Shown here piece after piece: positions 37,701-48,254 of a stretch of 64,000 bases of DNA. Under the pieces are notes generated by a model that ran no database searches, was not told where the DNA came from, and was given only the letters and a program-made list of their open reading frames with translations. The stretch's first letter is position 1; each line of letters opens with the position of its first letter. Origin of the DNA: a virus (Duplodnaviria; Caudoviricetes); the IMG/VR virus record IMGVR_UViG_3300027715_000011, positions 1 through 64,000 of that record. The stretch is one strand, 5' to 3'. The translations under genes and the position numbers were made by a program.

Positions 37701-39086
37701 ATGATGGATTATCAGTTCTATTCGATGGATCTGTCAGGGTATATTCCTGACCATGTGTCAGATGTGATGCAACGATTTGATCAGCACCAGATCTATATCG
37801 TAGGAGGGGCATCACTCAGTACGTTTGCAACCATCCACAACCTATCTCCATATAATACAACACCGCATGACTGGGATCTGTTCTGTTCAGCAACCCCTGA
37901 TGTCATTATGAAGTACGTACCTGAAGCGGTACCTATCAGAGGCCAGGACCGGATATTTACGGTATCCATCCCTCATACAGATATCGAGATCTCTACATTC
38001 AGACGAGGGGGAGATCGTACCACATTTGGAACTACCATCCTAGAGCACCTTGATACCTGTGACTTTACCATCAATGCAATAGCAATGGATAAGACCGGGT
38101 TTATCATGAAGAAGAATGTAGTGAACGATATCCATACAAAAACCCTGAGGTGTGTAGGGAATGCAGAGGAGAGAATATCAGAGGATCTTAACCGGATAGT
38201 GAGAGCTTTACGATTTGCATCAAAGTACAACATGATAATCCATTATGACCTGTACAAGATACTGAGGTCGTGTTCACTGGTAGGTATTCCTGTAGAGACG
38301 ATAGCAAAAGAGCTGATGAAAGCGGCTCCCCATCCCGCTATCGCAGATCTCCTCATTGATACAGGGCTGATGTTTCGTATATTTCCAAAGATGGAGGATA
38401 TGGTTGCCATGACTGCCGGTAAGAACCATACCGAGTCGTTGATAGATCATACCCTCATGGTGTACAAGGGTGTCTGTAAACTTACAGACAACGCTAATCT
38501 CTGCTTAGCTGCATGGCTTCATGATTACGGCAAGATCGATACCATGGATGAGAACGGCAGAGCATACGGGCATGACAAACTTGGAGCAGACCAGGTGCGT
38601 GATCTGCTTACCGGGTACAAGTTCAGTAAACATGATACAGACTATATCACGACACTGATCAGGTATCACATGTACGGGTATGTGGACACTCTACGAAACG
38701 CCACATGGGCGAAAGCGTTCGATGACATGCTTAAACATAACGTATACCCGTTAGATCTGGTGATGCTTCAGTATGCAGATCATACCGGTAGAATCCTCCC
38801 TGACGGGTCTAAATGTAAGTACACATTCGATGAGTTCAAGAATACCAATGCCTGCTGGCAGGCATGGCTTCACTTCCAGGAGAAAGAGATCCCGGTGAAC
38901 ACCAACTCACTTGCAGTTAATGGAAATGATATCATGGCACTGGGGATACCTGCAGGTCCTAAGATCAAACTGATCCTGAACAAGCTTCATGATATGGTGG
39001 CTGATGGTATCATCGAGAATGATAAGGATGTCATGATAGACATCATCAATACTTTCATTATTCAGCCTGAATTGATAGCAGCGTGA
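37701..39086 (+). CDS. cca: Class II (bacterial-type) CCA-adding/poly(A) nucleotidyltransferase with HD domain
   Basis: YIVGG...DWD (DxD), EISTFR, DFTINAIA, EDLNRIVRALRF, HT...LHDYGK...GH...GA, C-terminal LAVNGNDIMALG. Confidence 0.88.
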   Translation: MMDYQFYSMDLSGYIPDHVSDVMQRFDQHQIYIVGGASLSTFATIHNLSPYNTTPHDWDLFCSATPDVIMKYVPEAVPIRGQDRIFTVSIPHTDIEISTFRRGGDRTTFGTTILEHLDTCDFTINAIAMDKTGFIMKKNVVNDIHTKTLRCVGNAEERISEDLNRIVRALRFASKYNMIIHYDLYKILRSCSLVGIPVETIAKELMKAAPHPAIADLLIDTGLMFRIFPKMEDMVAMTAGKNHTESLIDHTLMVYKGVCKLTDNANLCLAAWLHDYGKIDTMDENGRAYGHDKLGADQVRDLLTGYKFSKHDTDYITTLIRYHMYGYVDTLRNATWAKAFDDMLKHNVYPLDLVMLQYADHTGRILPDGSKCKYTFDEFKNTNACWQAWLHFQEKEIPVNTNSLAVNGNDIMALGIPAGPKIKLILNKLHDMVADGIIENDKDVMIDIINTFIIQPELIAA

Positions 39087-39094
39087 GTTGTAGT

Positions 39095-39880
39095 TTAGAA
39101 ATCAACTACAAACTTATGGATATCGTAATCGTAATCGTTTCCGTTCACTTCTATGTAGACATACCCGCATTCAGACGGGATCAACGAGTTTGTTGTCTTT
39201 GATGCAAAGTCATCTATCGTCTTCCATACCGGGGAGATGATCCCATGGATATCATGGGCATTCACTTCTGTAGAGTAATGAGTATGTCCTCTGATAATGA
39301 TGTCAGGTCTATTGGATGTGTCGTAATAGTACGGGTTTGCAACGATGTTGTTGATCTCACTGATCAGCCCGTTTGGCCGGTTCAGATAGTTAGACCGGTA
39401 TGATGTCTTATGTCTCAGGTTGATCTTCAGTTTCTCTACCTTATCGGTATACTGTCCTGAGAACCTGTACTTGATCTTCTTCCTGGATGCAAGTTCCATC
39501 ATAACTGCCCGGTCAGCAGACATATTGAGGTCAACATGATAGGGAGAGCCCTGTACCATAATATACTCTTCAGATGGGATGTCCTCCAGCATGGTTGCAG
39601 CGATATTCACCTGTTCATGCATATCTGATGTGATGAGATGGTATCCCCTGCCTTTCTCATTGGTGCCGTCGCAGAAGTCACCCATACAGTAGACCTTGTC
39701 AACATGATCATATGTATGGATCATCTCGTTCCACTCTTTTCTGAGTTCATCCTGTGCTTCGTTTGATAAAATAGTGAATTGTTGGTTGGATTCAGGATCT
39801 CCGATGGTAACCCGTTCTTTCATTAAACTACAGGGAGCACCACCGTGAATATCTGAAATAACCAGTATACTCGTTGTCAT
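39095..39880 (-). CDS. Calcineurin-like metallophosphoesterase
   Basis: ISDIHGG, MGDFCDG, GSPYH, RGHTH. Confidence 0.75.
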   Translation of the reverse strand: MTTSILVISDIHGGAPCSLMKERVTIGDPESNQQFTILSNEAQDELRKEWNEMIHTYDHVDKVYCMGDFCDGTNEKGRGYHLITSDMHEQVNIAATMLEDIPSEEYIMVQGSPYHVDLNMSADRAVMMELASRKKIKYRFSGQYTDKVEKLKINLRHKTSYRSNYLNRPNGLISEINNIVANPYYYDTSNRPDIIIRGHTHYSTEVNAHDIHGIISPVWKTIDDFASKTTNSLIPSECGYVYIEVNGNDYDYDIHKFVVDF

Positions 39881-40061
39881 TGAAAAGAGTTGATGTACTG
39901 AGTATATAAAGTTACTGGTCTATAACTTAAAATTATACTTATTTACTCTCCCAACCGGGCTATGCTTATATGTACACCCACACGTACATTCTCGTATTAT
40001 AGCACCACCAAGCATCTTAACAAATTTGCCCTTTTCATTGCATTCAGGACAGCGTTCTATA

Positions 40062-40424
40062 TCATGCATACTTCTTTACCCACATCTCACGGGAGACTGC
40101 CTGCACCAACATATTCCGTTCGAAGTAATCAGACTGTATATCATCCTTTAGATCTGATCTCCCGGCAGCCTCTGCAGCGATCTTCTCAGCAGATTGCCGG
40201 TAATCAGATGCACTCTCGCTGATTCGTTCAAGCGTGTGACCTGCACTTGCTGGATACTGTTTGAGGTATGGGATGTCATCAGGAAGGATGACAACAATCT
40301 CGATCCAGTTGGATGCTGTGCCTTTACCCTTCCGGGCACGAACAACATCATACCCTTGTTCCTTGAGAGCCTTCTTTGCTAGTTTTGCACCTTCAGACGC
40401 TGATATGTATTCCATTTGTTTCAT
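40062..40424 (-). CDS. Hypothetical protein (possible LPD29-like N-terminus)
   Basis: AKLAKKALK.....VRARKG.GTASNWIEI. Confidence 0.5.
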   Translation of the reverse strand: MKQMEYISASEGAKLAKKALKEQGYDVVRARKGKGTASNWIEIVVILPDDIPYLKQYPASAGHTLERISESASDYRQSAEKIAAEAAGRSDLKDDIQSDYFERNMLVQAVSREMWVKKYA

Positions 40425-41322
40425 CTCCTGTGATGAGACACTTCGTCATAACCACATACTATACTATGAGGTATTAGTATTTATATTGATCGATCTTGTG
40501 AAATTCACACAACATGGGCATTAATTGTTGTCAAACATGATTGAACGATAACTGATGGTTTTATATATGTGAAAAGTGGTGTTTAGGAGTGGAAACGAAA
40601 GTTGTTTAAATAAAACAGTAAATCGGAGCGATGTTGTTTCCTAACATGTATAAGAATTTGCTATTATTTAAGGGTGAATTAAAGGTGCGCATGTTAATTT
40701 GATTGATTATTATTGAGATATTGTATTATTATTACGTATCATATTACAAAAACGGCGGTTTACCGGTACATGATGAGTGGAAAATGAGCTCGAAATGAAC
40801 ATGTCGGATACCCATGACATATTCATTACATGAACAGTCGAATATACCCATTATCATATTACCATTATAACTATATATACTTTATCAATATACTTTATAT
40901 AATAGTTTTATAATTTATATACTACAGTATGCGCGTATTATTAATATGTACACATCAAAATAAAACTCATATTACTGTCTGTTTATGGGTTATGAGGATG
41001 AGTCTTACCACGATCCACCACTACGTCACGGTAACTGAATAATGTTAGGAATCAAGTATGACTAATCTATAATATCACTCATATAATATCACTTAAAATT
41101 AGTTTTAGAGTATGTATATTGCAGCGCTTTTTAATAAAAACTATAAAATGAATGTAAATGTTAGGTATAATTGCTACTGTTGTTTTATGATGAGGGTTAG
41201 AATCTCAAATAAACGAAGTAAATAAGTCAAATCTGAAAATAAATTAAATGATAGGGGGCATGAAAGGGCCAAAAATATAATATGAAAACTATTATATACA
41301 TCTCTGAGTAAATATAAGGGTC
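40425..41322. promoter_or_regulatory. ~900-bp AT-rich divergent intergenic region; candidate replication origin or control region
   Basis: No ORFs; gene strand switches here; tandem repeats ATATACTTTAT (40875, 40888) and TATAATATCACT (41068, 41082). Confidence 0.45.
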
Positions 41323-41859
41323 ATGTCGCGTAGACCATTATCATGCGATCATGATGCAATTCTTGAAATGTATAAAGACGGAGTTACCTACACCCAAATT
41401 GCTAAGAAGATGGGTATATCATATGGAACAGTGCGTAACATCCTGATACGGTATGGTGTATTATCAGGAGAGAGGCGTGTATACAAATTACGCGAGAAAC
41501 CCAAAACAACGAACAATCATTTTGGTAATATCTGGGCTACATATGAGTCGTTCTCCCTTATAGAGCAGATATTAAAGGATCAGTATCTTACTGTTGAGCA
41601 GATATCTGACATTATAAAACGTCCAGAATCTGACATTATAGCGATGGTTAATGATTATATGCGTAATAAGAATAATGTTGCAGAGCGGAGATGTCCTATC
41701 TGTAATAGAGAGATATTCGGAAAGCAAAGGAGTGCAAAGACCTGCGGTTCTCCTATGTGTGCATCCCAGATGCGAAGGTTTACACGTATAGAAACTCTGA
41801 AACGAGAGCGTGAGAACCTGCGTATTGATAAGATTCAACAGGCAATATCAGCGGAATAA
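41323..41859 (+). CDS. HTH and Zn-finger DNA-binding protein
   Basis: YKDGVTYTQIAKKMGISYGTVRNIL; CPICN...TCGSPMC. Confidence 0.75.
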   Translation: MSRRPLSCDHDAILEMYKDGVTYTQIAKKMGISYGTVRNILIRYGVLSGERRVYKLREKPKTTNNHFGNIWATYESFSLIEQILKDQYLTVEQISDIIKRPESDIIAMVNDYMRNKNNVAERRCPICNREIFGKQRSAKTCGSPMCASQMRRFTRIETLKRERENLRIDKIQQAISAE

Positions 41860-41921
41860 CCATCTTTTTTGTTGGTATTACATAAATTATATATAATTTG
41901 TGTTGATAGACTAAATTCACG

Positions 41922-42320
41922 GTGTTATATACCGTGGTGAAACGTGGAAGACCGGTCCTATCAATTCCGGTTGAAGATATTATCGCTGACTATAAGTCAG
42001 GACTCTCCTTGATGGATATTGCAGGAAAATACAGTATATCTGATATGACTGTATACAACAGGCTCAAGAAAGCAGGCGTTGAGACTCGTCCGCGTTACAG
42101 GCAGGAGAATCGGCGTGTACGGTCAAGACTGAAGCCTGAGGATAAATCACAGTTTACGGCTGATGTTGAATTATACCTGTATGATGGAAAGAATGCGTAT
42201 GAGATATCCGTATATACCGGTATCTCGATCAAGGACGTTATCACTGAAGTGAAACGCCAGGAGAGACGGAAATGTTTGTCATCAACGAAAACACAATCGG
42301 ACAAGCCCACGAATCAGTGA
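41922..42320 (+). CDS. Double-HTH DNA-binding protein
   Basis: YKSGLSLMDIAGKYSISDMTVYNRL, plus a second HTH-like segment. Confidence 0.7.
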   Translation: MLYTVVKRGRPVLSIPVEDIIADYKSGLSLMDIAGKYSISDMTVYNRLKKAGVETRPRYRQENRRVRSRLKPEDKSQFTADVELYLYDGKNAYEISVYTGISIKDVITEVKRQERRKCLSSTKTQSDKPTNQ

Positions 42321-43120
42321 TCAATTACATATCTGATAACAGCACCTGTCTCAAGACTGAAGACGGTGAATGTACTATCGAGACCGGTGAACCTATTGCT
42401 ATAAAGGTGAATAACCCGTTGCAGGAACCGATGATATCATCAGCATCACTGTTTAAAAAGGGATTTGCTGATACCTATAAGAACTCATTCTACTCAGTCA
42501 CCCTGCGAAAGAACGACGGTACCGATGCAGTATACACCTATGGGAACCGGTTATGTGATTACTTCTCTCCTACTGTCATGTTCCACTGTTCAGGAAAGAG
42601 AACATATGTTCAGAGGATTTTTGATAAAGTATTTTCATATATCGGATATATGCCGTCAGGCGTTGCAAACTATATTAAATGGAAAGGTGACGGGAATTCA
42701 GGGGGTATCAACCAGATTCATACATCCATCATCGATCGTATCGTGAAATCACCAAATACACGGCGTGCGATCGCTATTACATGGTCACCAAACCATGATA
42801 TTGAGCAGAACGAACCACCATGTCTCCAGTCTGTATACTGTCGTGTACGACCACATACATCCTATATCGATCTTACCGCACTCTTCAGGAGCAATGATAT
42901 GCTCTCTGCATGGGGACAGAATGCATACGGACTTGCTTACCTGCAGAAATACATCGTTGATGAGATAAACAAGAGATCCAGTATTACCTACAGTGTCGGT
43001 ACGCTTGAGACGATCTCACTGTCAGCACATATCTATTATACCCGTGACTGCCTTGAATTGAGTAGATTCAAAGATAAGGCTGATATAGTCAGATCATACT
43101 CGTCATTCCAGCGAACCTGA
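42272..43120 (+). CDS. thyA: Methanogen-type thymidylate synthase (ThyA fold) with ~45-aa insertion
   Basis: YTYGNRL, RRAIAITW, PPCLQ, FRSNDM..AW.QN, SAHIY. Confidence 0.85.
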   Translation: MFVINENTIGQAHESVINYISDNSTCLKTEDGECTIETGEPIAIKVNNPLQEPMISSASLFKKGFADTYKNSFYSVTLRKNDGTDAVYTYGNRLCDYFSPTVMFHCSGKRTYVQRIFDKVFSYIGYMPSGVANYIKWKGDGNSGGINQIHTSIIDRIVKSPNTRRAIAITWSPNHDIEQNEPPCLQSVYCRVRPHTSYIDLTALFRSNDMLSAWGQNAYGLAYLQKYIVDEINKRSSITYSVGTLETISLSAHIYYTRDCLELSRFKDKADIVRSYSSFQRT

Positions 43121-43163
43121 CCCTATCTTTTTAAGTTTTATTTACACCTATTATGTAGGTGTT

Positions 43164-44018
43164 TTGTATTTGTACTCTCCAGCAAAAGAATCTATCAGTA
43201 TACACAGGGATCTATGTACCCGTATAAAGAAGTCATCTCATTACAGACAGATACATGAGATGCATGGGCGAATGCAGGAGTATACTCCTCAATATACAGC
43301 AATGATGAATGCATATGCATCTGCCATGAAAGAGTACTTCAGGGATCCGTCAGTATACGATACCAAGATAAAACCCATTCTTGCACAGCTTACCCGGTAT
43401 GACGAGATGGTATCTCCGATGAAAGCCAGGATGCATGAGTATACAAAACACCTGACATCATCTGCATTAGACCGGGTATCAGCAAACCCTATGCATTCAG
43501 ACAAAGGATCATTCACATTTACAGGGGAGAATATAGGTAATGCTCAGTACACCGTGGATCAGATCAAACGTATCATGCATCCTGACATATTTGATAACCT
43601 TGTTGTTACTATACAGGTGAATGATACCGTGCAGCAGTCCAGGGTGCAGCCTTTATCAACTGGATACTTGGTTACGCTTCCATCACAGTATACAACCGGT
43701 GACGTGGCCCATGAGATAGGCCATGTTATAGAGATGTATAAACCTGACATTATGGTACGTGCAAAACAGTTCCAGGCATCGAGAACCAGAGGAGAGAACT
43801 ATCAGTTGTTATCCAAAATCATGCCTGAACATGCATATGACTCTGAATACTGTAGAGCCGGTAACTTCCCTGATCCGTATTGTGGAAAGATCACAAAAGA
43901 CGGGTCTACTGAGGTGTTTGCAATGGGACTTGAGTTTATGGTCATTGATCCGATAACGTTCGCTCATGTTGATCCTGAGTACTTCCAGATGATACTTGAC
44001 TGTATTAGAGGTGTCTGA
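43164..44018 (+). CDS. HExxH zincin-like metallopeptidase-domain protein 1
   Basis: AHEIGHVIE and FPDPYCGK...TEVFAMGLEF...DPEYF. Confidence 0.75.
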   Translation: MYLYSPAKESISIHRDLCTRIKKSSHYRQIHEMHGRMQEYTPQYTAMMNAYASAMKEYFRDPSVYDTKIKPILAQLTRYDEMVSPMKARMHEYTKHLTSSALDRVSANPMHSDKGSFTFTGENIGNAQYTVDQIKRIMHPDIFDNLVVTIQVNDTVQQSRVQPLSTGYLVTLPSQYTTGDVAHEIGHVIEMYKPDIMVRAKQFQASRTRGENYQLLSKIMPEHAYDSEYCRAGNFPDPYCGKITKDGSTEVFAMGLEFMVIDPITFAHVDPEYFQMILDCIRGV

Positions 44019-45652
44019 TGAAGGCATATCCGATAACGGTATGTGGGAATGTTGCGTATACCGATGGTATAACCTGGAAGTCAAAAGATCCTGCACTTGC
44101 AGAGTTCTTGAACCATATCAGGAAGAGTCTTGATATGCCCCGGTTGATGCATACACCTGATAAGGCATACTATGTAGCAGAACGAACGCTCAAACGTCTC
44201 AAGGAGTATGGGTTCTGGGATGCAGAACGGCATAGTTCATTCAATTTGTCGCGTGAATGCACTATAGACTGTGAACATGTATCATATCAGGATGATTATA
44301 CACCGTTTATTGATATACCAACTATCAACCCGGCATATAGCAGACATATCATGCTTGAGTCAGGTATCAAGCCGGTCATGACTGACGTAATATCACCGTA
44401 TCTCCCGGTATCGATGCAGACAGCGTTTACAGCGGTGATCACCGGTGCCATGAATCAGGTCACAACATCAATACAGGAGAGAGATAACAATTCTGATGAT
44501 ATCATCAGTGAACTTGATATATACTTCACGGCAACAAAACCCCTTCCATCAGGTTTGACAATATTCACCCCTCTGATAGCTGATGGATCACCCGGGGATC
44601 AGGTGGATGTTCCTGAGTACATTACTGGATCGCTCAGCTCAAAGGAGATAGACGGAAGGTATTGTGAGATACATGCTGATGGATTCTTAAAAGGGGCATT
44701 CATTGATGATCCACGGTATCTTATTATCCTGAACCGTGGGATGAAGTACAGGATTGACGCTGCTGACTCTATCAAGGTGGTGCTCACACCGGTAGGGGTA
44801 TGTGACACCCCTGATGTAAAGGTGACGTATGCCCCGTCTCCAGAGGCTGAAGAGGTATATAATGCCATTAAAGGGCATGTTATGTCAGAGTCAGACATCA
44901 ATACATCTGCTGATGCATATGCAAAAGAGGTGGACGATCGGCTTGCCAGGTGGCGTATCATGCCTCATACTGATCTTGCATATACCCCTGAACATAAGTC
45001 ATGGTTTACCAGATCAAAAGAGTATGTGAAGAGGATGCGTGAGTTTATCAGACAGGCGCAGCATGAGACGTTGTCAACCGGTACAGTGGGGCATCTTATA
45101 TACCGGCTATCAGGTGACGCTACCCTGGATGATGAGACTGTTCAGTCAATAAACCGTATAACGATATATCCAGTAATTGACTGGTATAAGACTCATCTCC
45201 CGCAGAAACTCCTAGACCGGATACTGGTCACCATCATCTGCCAGGATGAGGACGGAAGATCCGCGATGGTAGGGTATGACGAGTATCAGGAGATATACCT
45301 GAAGTATCAGGCCTATGATGATCCGTCAGTATTAGCTCATGAGATGGGTCATGTCATTGAGATGTGTAACATGGGTGTAAGGCAGGCGGTGCTCAGGTTT
45401 CTTGCATTCAGAGCAGGATCAACCAGGCTTATACGTATGTCTGATGCGTATCCTGACTGGGGATATGGAGAGGACGAGATGGCATACCCTGATCATTTTC
45501 CGAATCCGTACTGTGGAAAGATCTATGATGATATGAGTACAGAACTCATCTCAATGGGAATAGAGTATATGTTTCGTGATCCTGCAACATTTATGGTTAA
45601 AGATCCTGAATACTTTATGTTTATGGTTGATGTGATTAAGGGGAGATACTGA
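44018..45652 (+). CDS. Modular protein: partner domain, degenerate ART-like domain, HExxH zincin
   Basis: TGATG coupling; N-terminal DGITWKSKDPAL; ILNRGMKYRID; AHEMGHVIE...FPNPYCGK.Y...TELISMG. Confidence 0.75.
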   Translation: MKAYPITVCGNVAYTDGITWKSKDPALAEFLNHIRKSLDMPRLMHTPDKAYYVAERTLKRLKEYGFWDAERHSSFNLSRECTIDCEHVSYQDDYTPFIDIPTINPAYSRHIMLESGIKPVMTDVISPYLPVSMQTAFTAVITGAMNQVTTSIQERDNNSDDIISELDIYFTATKPLPSGLTIFTPLIADGSPGDQVDVPEYITGSLSSKEIDGRYCEIHADGFLKGAFIDDPRYLIILNRGMKYRIDAADSIKVVLTPVGVCDTPDVKVTYAPSPEAEEVYNAIKGHVMSESDINTSADAYAKEVDDRLARWRIMPHTDLAYTPEHKSWFTRSKEYVKRMREFIRQAQHETLSTGTVGHLIYRLSGDATLDDETVQSINRITIYPVIDWYKTHLPQKLLDRILVTIICQDEDGRSAMVGYDEYQEIYLKYQAYDDPSVLAHEMGHVIEMCNMGVRQAVLRFLAFRAGSTRLIRMSDAYPDWGYGEDEMAYPDHFPNPYCGKIYDDMSTELISMGIEYMFRDPATFMVKDPEYFMFMVDVIKGRY

Positions 45653-48057
45653 TGAAGATAACGTGCAACGGCGTCCAGGCAGAGATAAAAGGAAGCAGAT
45701 GGACATCTGCAGACAAAGAACTTCAGGAGATCCTCACTGAGTATACCGATATCATCCTGATGTCCACCGATACCATGCTTCATATCCCTGATGTATCCAA
45801 ATATATTACATCATTTATTGTTAATAGGCTTACCGATCAGGGAGTAACCTGTGTCATTACTGATCAGCATCCTGACGAGCCTGAACAGGTTATCATTAGT
45901 AGATCAAATAAATTTGATTTTGATAAGAAATATGTGCGTAGAGGAGAAACTCCTCCAAAATGGGCAAAACTGAAACGAGGGCCAAAAGGAGGACTGCATT
46001 ATGATGACATCGATCGCACTGTATCATTTATAGAAGACAGGAACTTCTCCCCTGTTCCAGAGACCACTCCTCATCCGGTGTATATGACAGATAAAGATGG
46101 AAACATGATATCTGTCACGTATATCATGAGTGTAGTGAAAAACGTTGTCGGGAAAGAGGGTACTCTGTTCACCATGTACTCACTTCCGTCTGATGCGTTT
46201 AATGCTCAGTACGGAAGGGGTGAGAACGATTCAGGTGCGTTCAGAGATGGAACAAATCTTATCCTATCGGATGACACCAGGCTGGGTCCCATTCGTGAAG
46301 AGGTGCGGGTAGCACTCGGCCAGATATATCAGATAGACTCGTTGTTAAAACAGGGCATTCTTGAGTATATCACAAACAGTGTTGCCATTATGCTGAATGT
46401 AACGCCTGGTGAGAATACCGAGCTTATGAGGGATATGCTGGATATCCTTGATATACCTGCTAAAACAGCCATATCGATATTTCTCTCACCATATGTAGAG
46501 CGTGATATAGCAGGCATTCTTACAGACCGGTTCAAACAGTTGTTCAATGATGGGTACCAGATTATATTTGACAACCTGGTCTCTGAGCTTGAGAGCACAG
46601 TCCCTGGTATGGCATGTCGGTTGGATGAGATACTTAAGTCTGTTCAGGAGAGAAAGCCGTTGTCAGTAGCACTGATGGTAACCAAGGTATCAGACGATGA
46701 TCTCAACCAGTTCACTGATGCATACCGGTTCAAGATCACTCATGCAGACTCATGGAAGAGGTTCACCGATCAGATAGCAAAAATAAAAGAAGATCCCTTT
46801 GAGATGAAAGTATTCTTTGAACAGGTACAGTATACCCAGTTTCACATATCACCTGGTATCATCGACAGTATATCAGTTCATCTGATTGATCAGGCATGCA
46901 CCGGGCTCCTGCCTCCTAACACCTATATGGCAGGTGTCCCGTCATATATCACAGATGTATTTGATACGGCAGTCATTGGTGATGTAGTATATCCCTGTAC
47001 CTGGATACATACCCAGTTCTCACCTGCAGCTGAACTTGTCATCTCGTTCAAGGCAGATAACACAAAAGCTGGTATCCTGTATCAGGATGACTGGAGTAAA
47101 GAGTATATTATAGACAGGAATGTAGGGTGGAAGGTTATAGACCGGTATGAGAACGTCATCTTTGTAGAACCGGTGAACCCTGATCCTGTACTTGATCTGT
47201 CAGAGTATCAGAGTGATATCACTATGGATGACTGTAATCGTGCAGTATCAGGGGATCTCGTATCTATTCTTGCGGTTGAAAAAGAGATGAAGTTCCAGAT
47301 CCCTGAAACCACATTGTATATGGTAAATGGTATTAAAGGGTTGGATGTATACAGTTTGAAAGATGGTGATGAGTTTGTGCAGCCTGATATTCAGATATGC
47401 TCACTTGCTCCGCAGAATCTGTCATTATGTATCGTTGAGTTTGTATACGCGGGTACCTGTGCATGTGTGCATGACTGTGTCATTCTTCCACGAAATAGAT
47501 CGTATAAGGTGATCAATTCCCGGGTAAAACATATGGTTGTTGATACGGGCACTCTTGACGTGGTGCAGATGACGTATCTCACGATACTCCCTATTGAGTC
47601 ACCTCTTCCGGTATCATGTAACGGTACGGTTATTATGGAGCAGATCCCGAATGTGATACCTGAGAAGGTAGAGCCTGGTGTCATCCTGTATAAAGGGCTT
47701 GATGGGTTTGGGTATACTGTATTGCAGGATCTTCTGATAGGTGATATCATCACCAGTGATGAGGATCACCTGTTTGTGTATGATTTTGCACTGGCATTAG
47801 ACCAGGCGGTTCCTATTCTTACTATACCGAACGGGAAACGGGTTATATTCAGAGTGGTACTGAAAGATGGTGATCCATTCGTGACCGGAGATAATGCGGT
47901 GATATTCCCGATGAACAGGCCTATGGTAGTAAGGGATATCCATATTGGAACGCTTGAGCAGTTCAACAGTCCTGAATCGGTATACCTGTATGATCTGGAG
48001 TATATCGACTCCCCGGTTGCAACAGATTATGAGTATGTTCAGTATCTGGAGATGTGA
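45652..48057 (+). CDS. 801-aa modular protein: partner domain, shared motif, three degenerate ART-like repeats
   Basis: GSRWTSADKEL; KYVRRGETPPKWAKLKRGPKGGLHY; repeats ending IIDRNVGWKVID, ILPRNRSYKVIN and IFPMNRPMVVRD. Confidence 0.75.
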   Translation: MKITCNGVQAEIKGSRWTSADKELQEILTEYTDIILMSTDTMLHIPDVSKYITSFIVNRLTDQGVTCVITDQHPDEPEQVIISRSNKFDFDKKYVRRGETPPKWAKLKRGPKGGLHYDDIDRTVSFIEDRNFSPVPETTPHPVYMTDKDGNMISVTYIMSVVKNVVGKEGTLFTMYSLPSDAFNAQYGRGENDSGAFRDGTNLILSDDTRLGPIREEVRVALGQIYQIDSLLKQGILEYITNSVAIMLNVTPGENTELMRDMLDILDIPAKTAISIFLSPYVERDIAGILTDRFKQLFNDGYQIIFDNLVSELESTVPGMACRLDEILKSVQERKPLSVALMVTKVSDDDLNQFTDAYRFKITHADSWKRFTDQIAKIKEDPFEMKVFFEQVQYTQFHISPGIIDSISVHLIDQACTGLLPPNTYMAGVPSYITDVFDTAVIGDVVYPCTWIHTQFSPAAELVISFKADNTKAGILYQDDWSKEYIIDRNVGWKVIDRYENVIFVEPVNPDPVLDLSEYQSDITMDDCNRAVSGDLVSILAVEKEMKFQIPETTLYMVNGIKGLDVYSLKDGDEFVQPDIQICSLAPQNLSLCIVEFVYAGTCACVHDCVILPRNRSYKVINSRVKHMVVDTGTLDVVQMTYLTILPIESPLPVSCNGTVIMEQIPNVIPEKVEPGVILYKGLDGFGYTVLQDLLIGDIITSDEDHLFVYDFALALDQAVPILTIPNGKRVIFRVVLKDGDPFVTGDNAVIFPMNRPMVVRDIHIGTLEQFNSPESVYLYDLEYIDSPVATDYEYVQYLEM

Positions 48058-48254
48058 GTATGTATATCATCGAGCATGTGGATCTGTTTACGAAAGAAAA
48101 TTTGATGTATTTAAACAAATGTGCATTAGATCGAACCTTGTCGATCTATAAGGGGAATGTTATTCCCCTAACCAGTGATAACGCTGAAGAATACACAGAG
48201 AATGATACTGATACAGGGGAAGAAACTTCCCCTTACTATATGGGGATGATCTGA
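48054..48254 (+). CDS. Small hypothetical protein
   Basis: 66-aa ORF bridging 48057 and 48255. Confidence 0.45.
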   Translation: MSMYIIEHVDLFTKENLMYLNKCALDRTLSIYKGNVIPLTSDNAEEYTENDTDTGEETSPYYMGMI

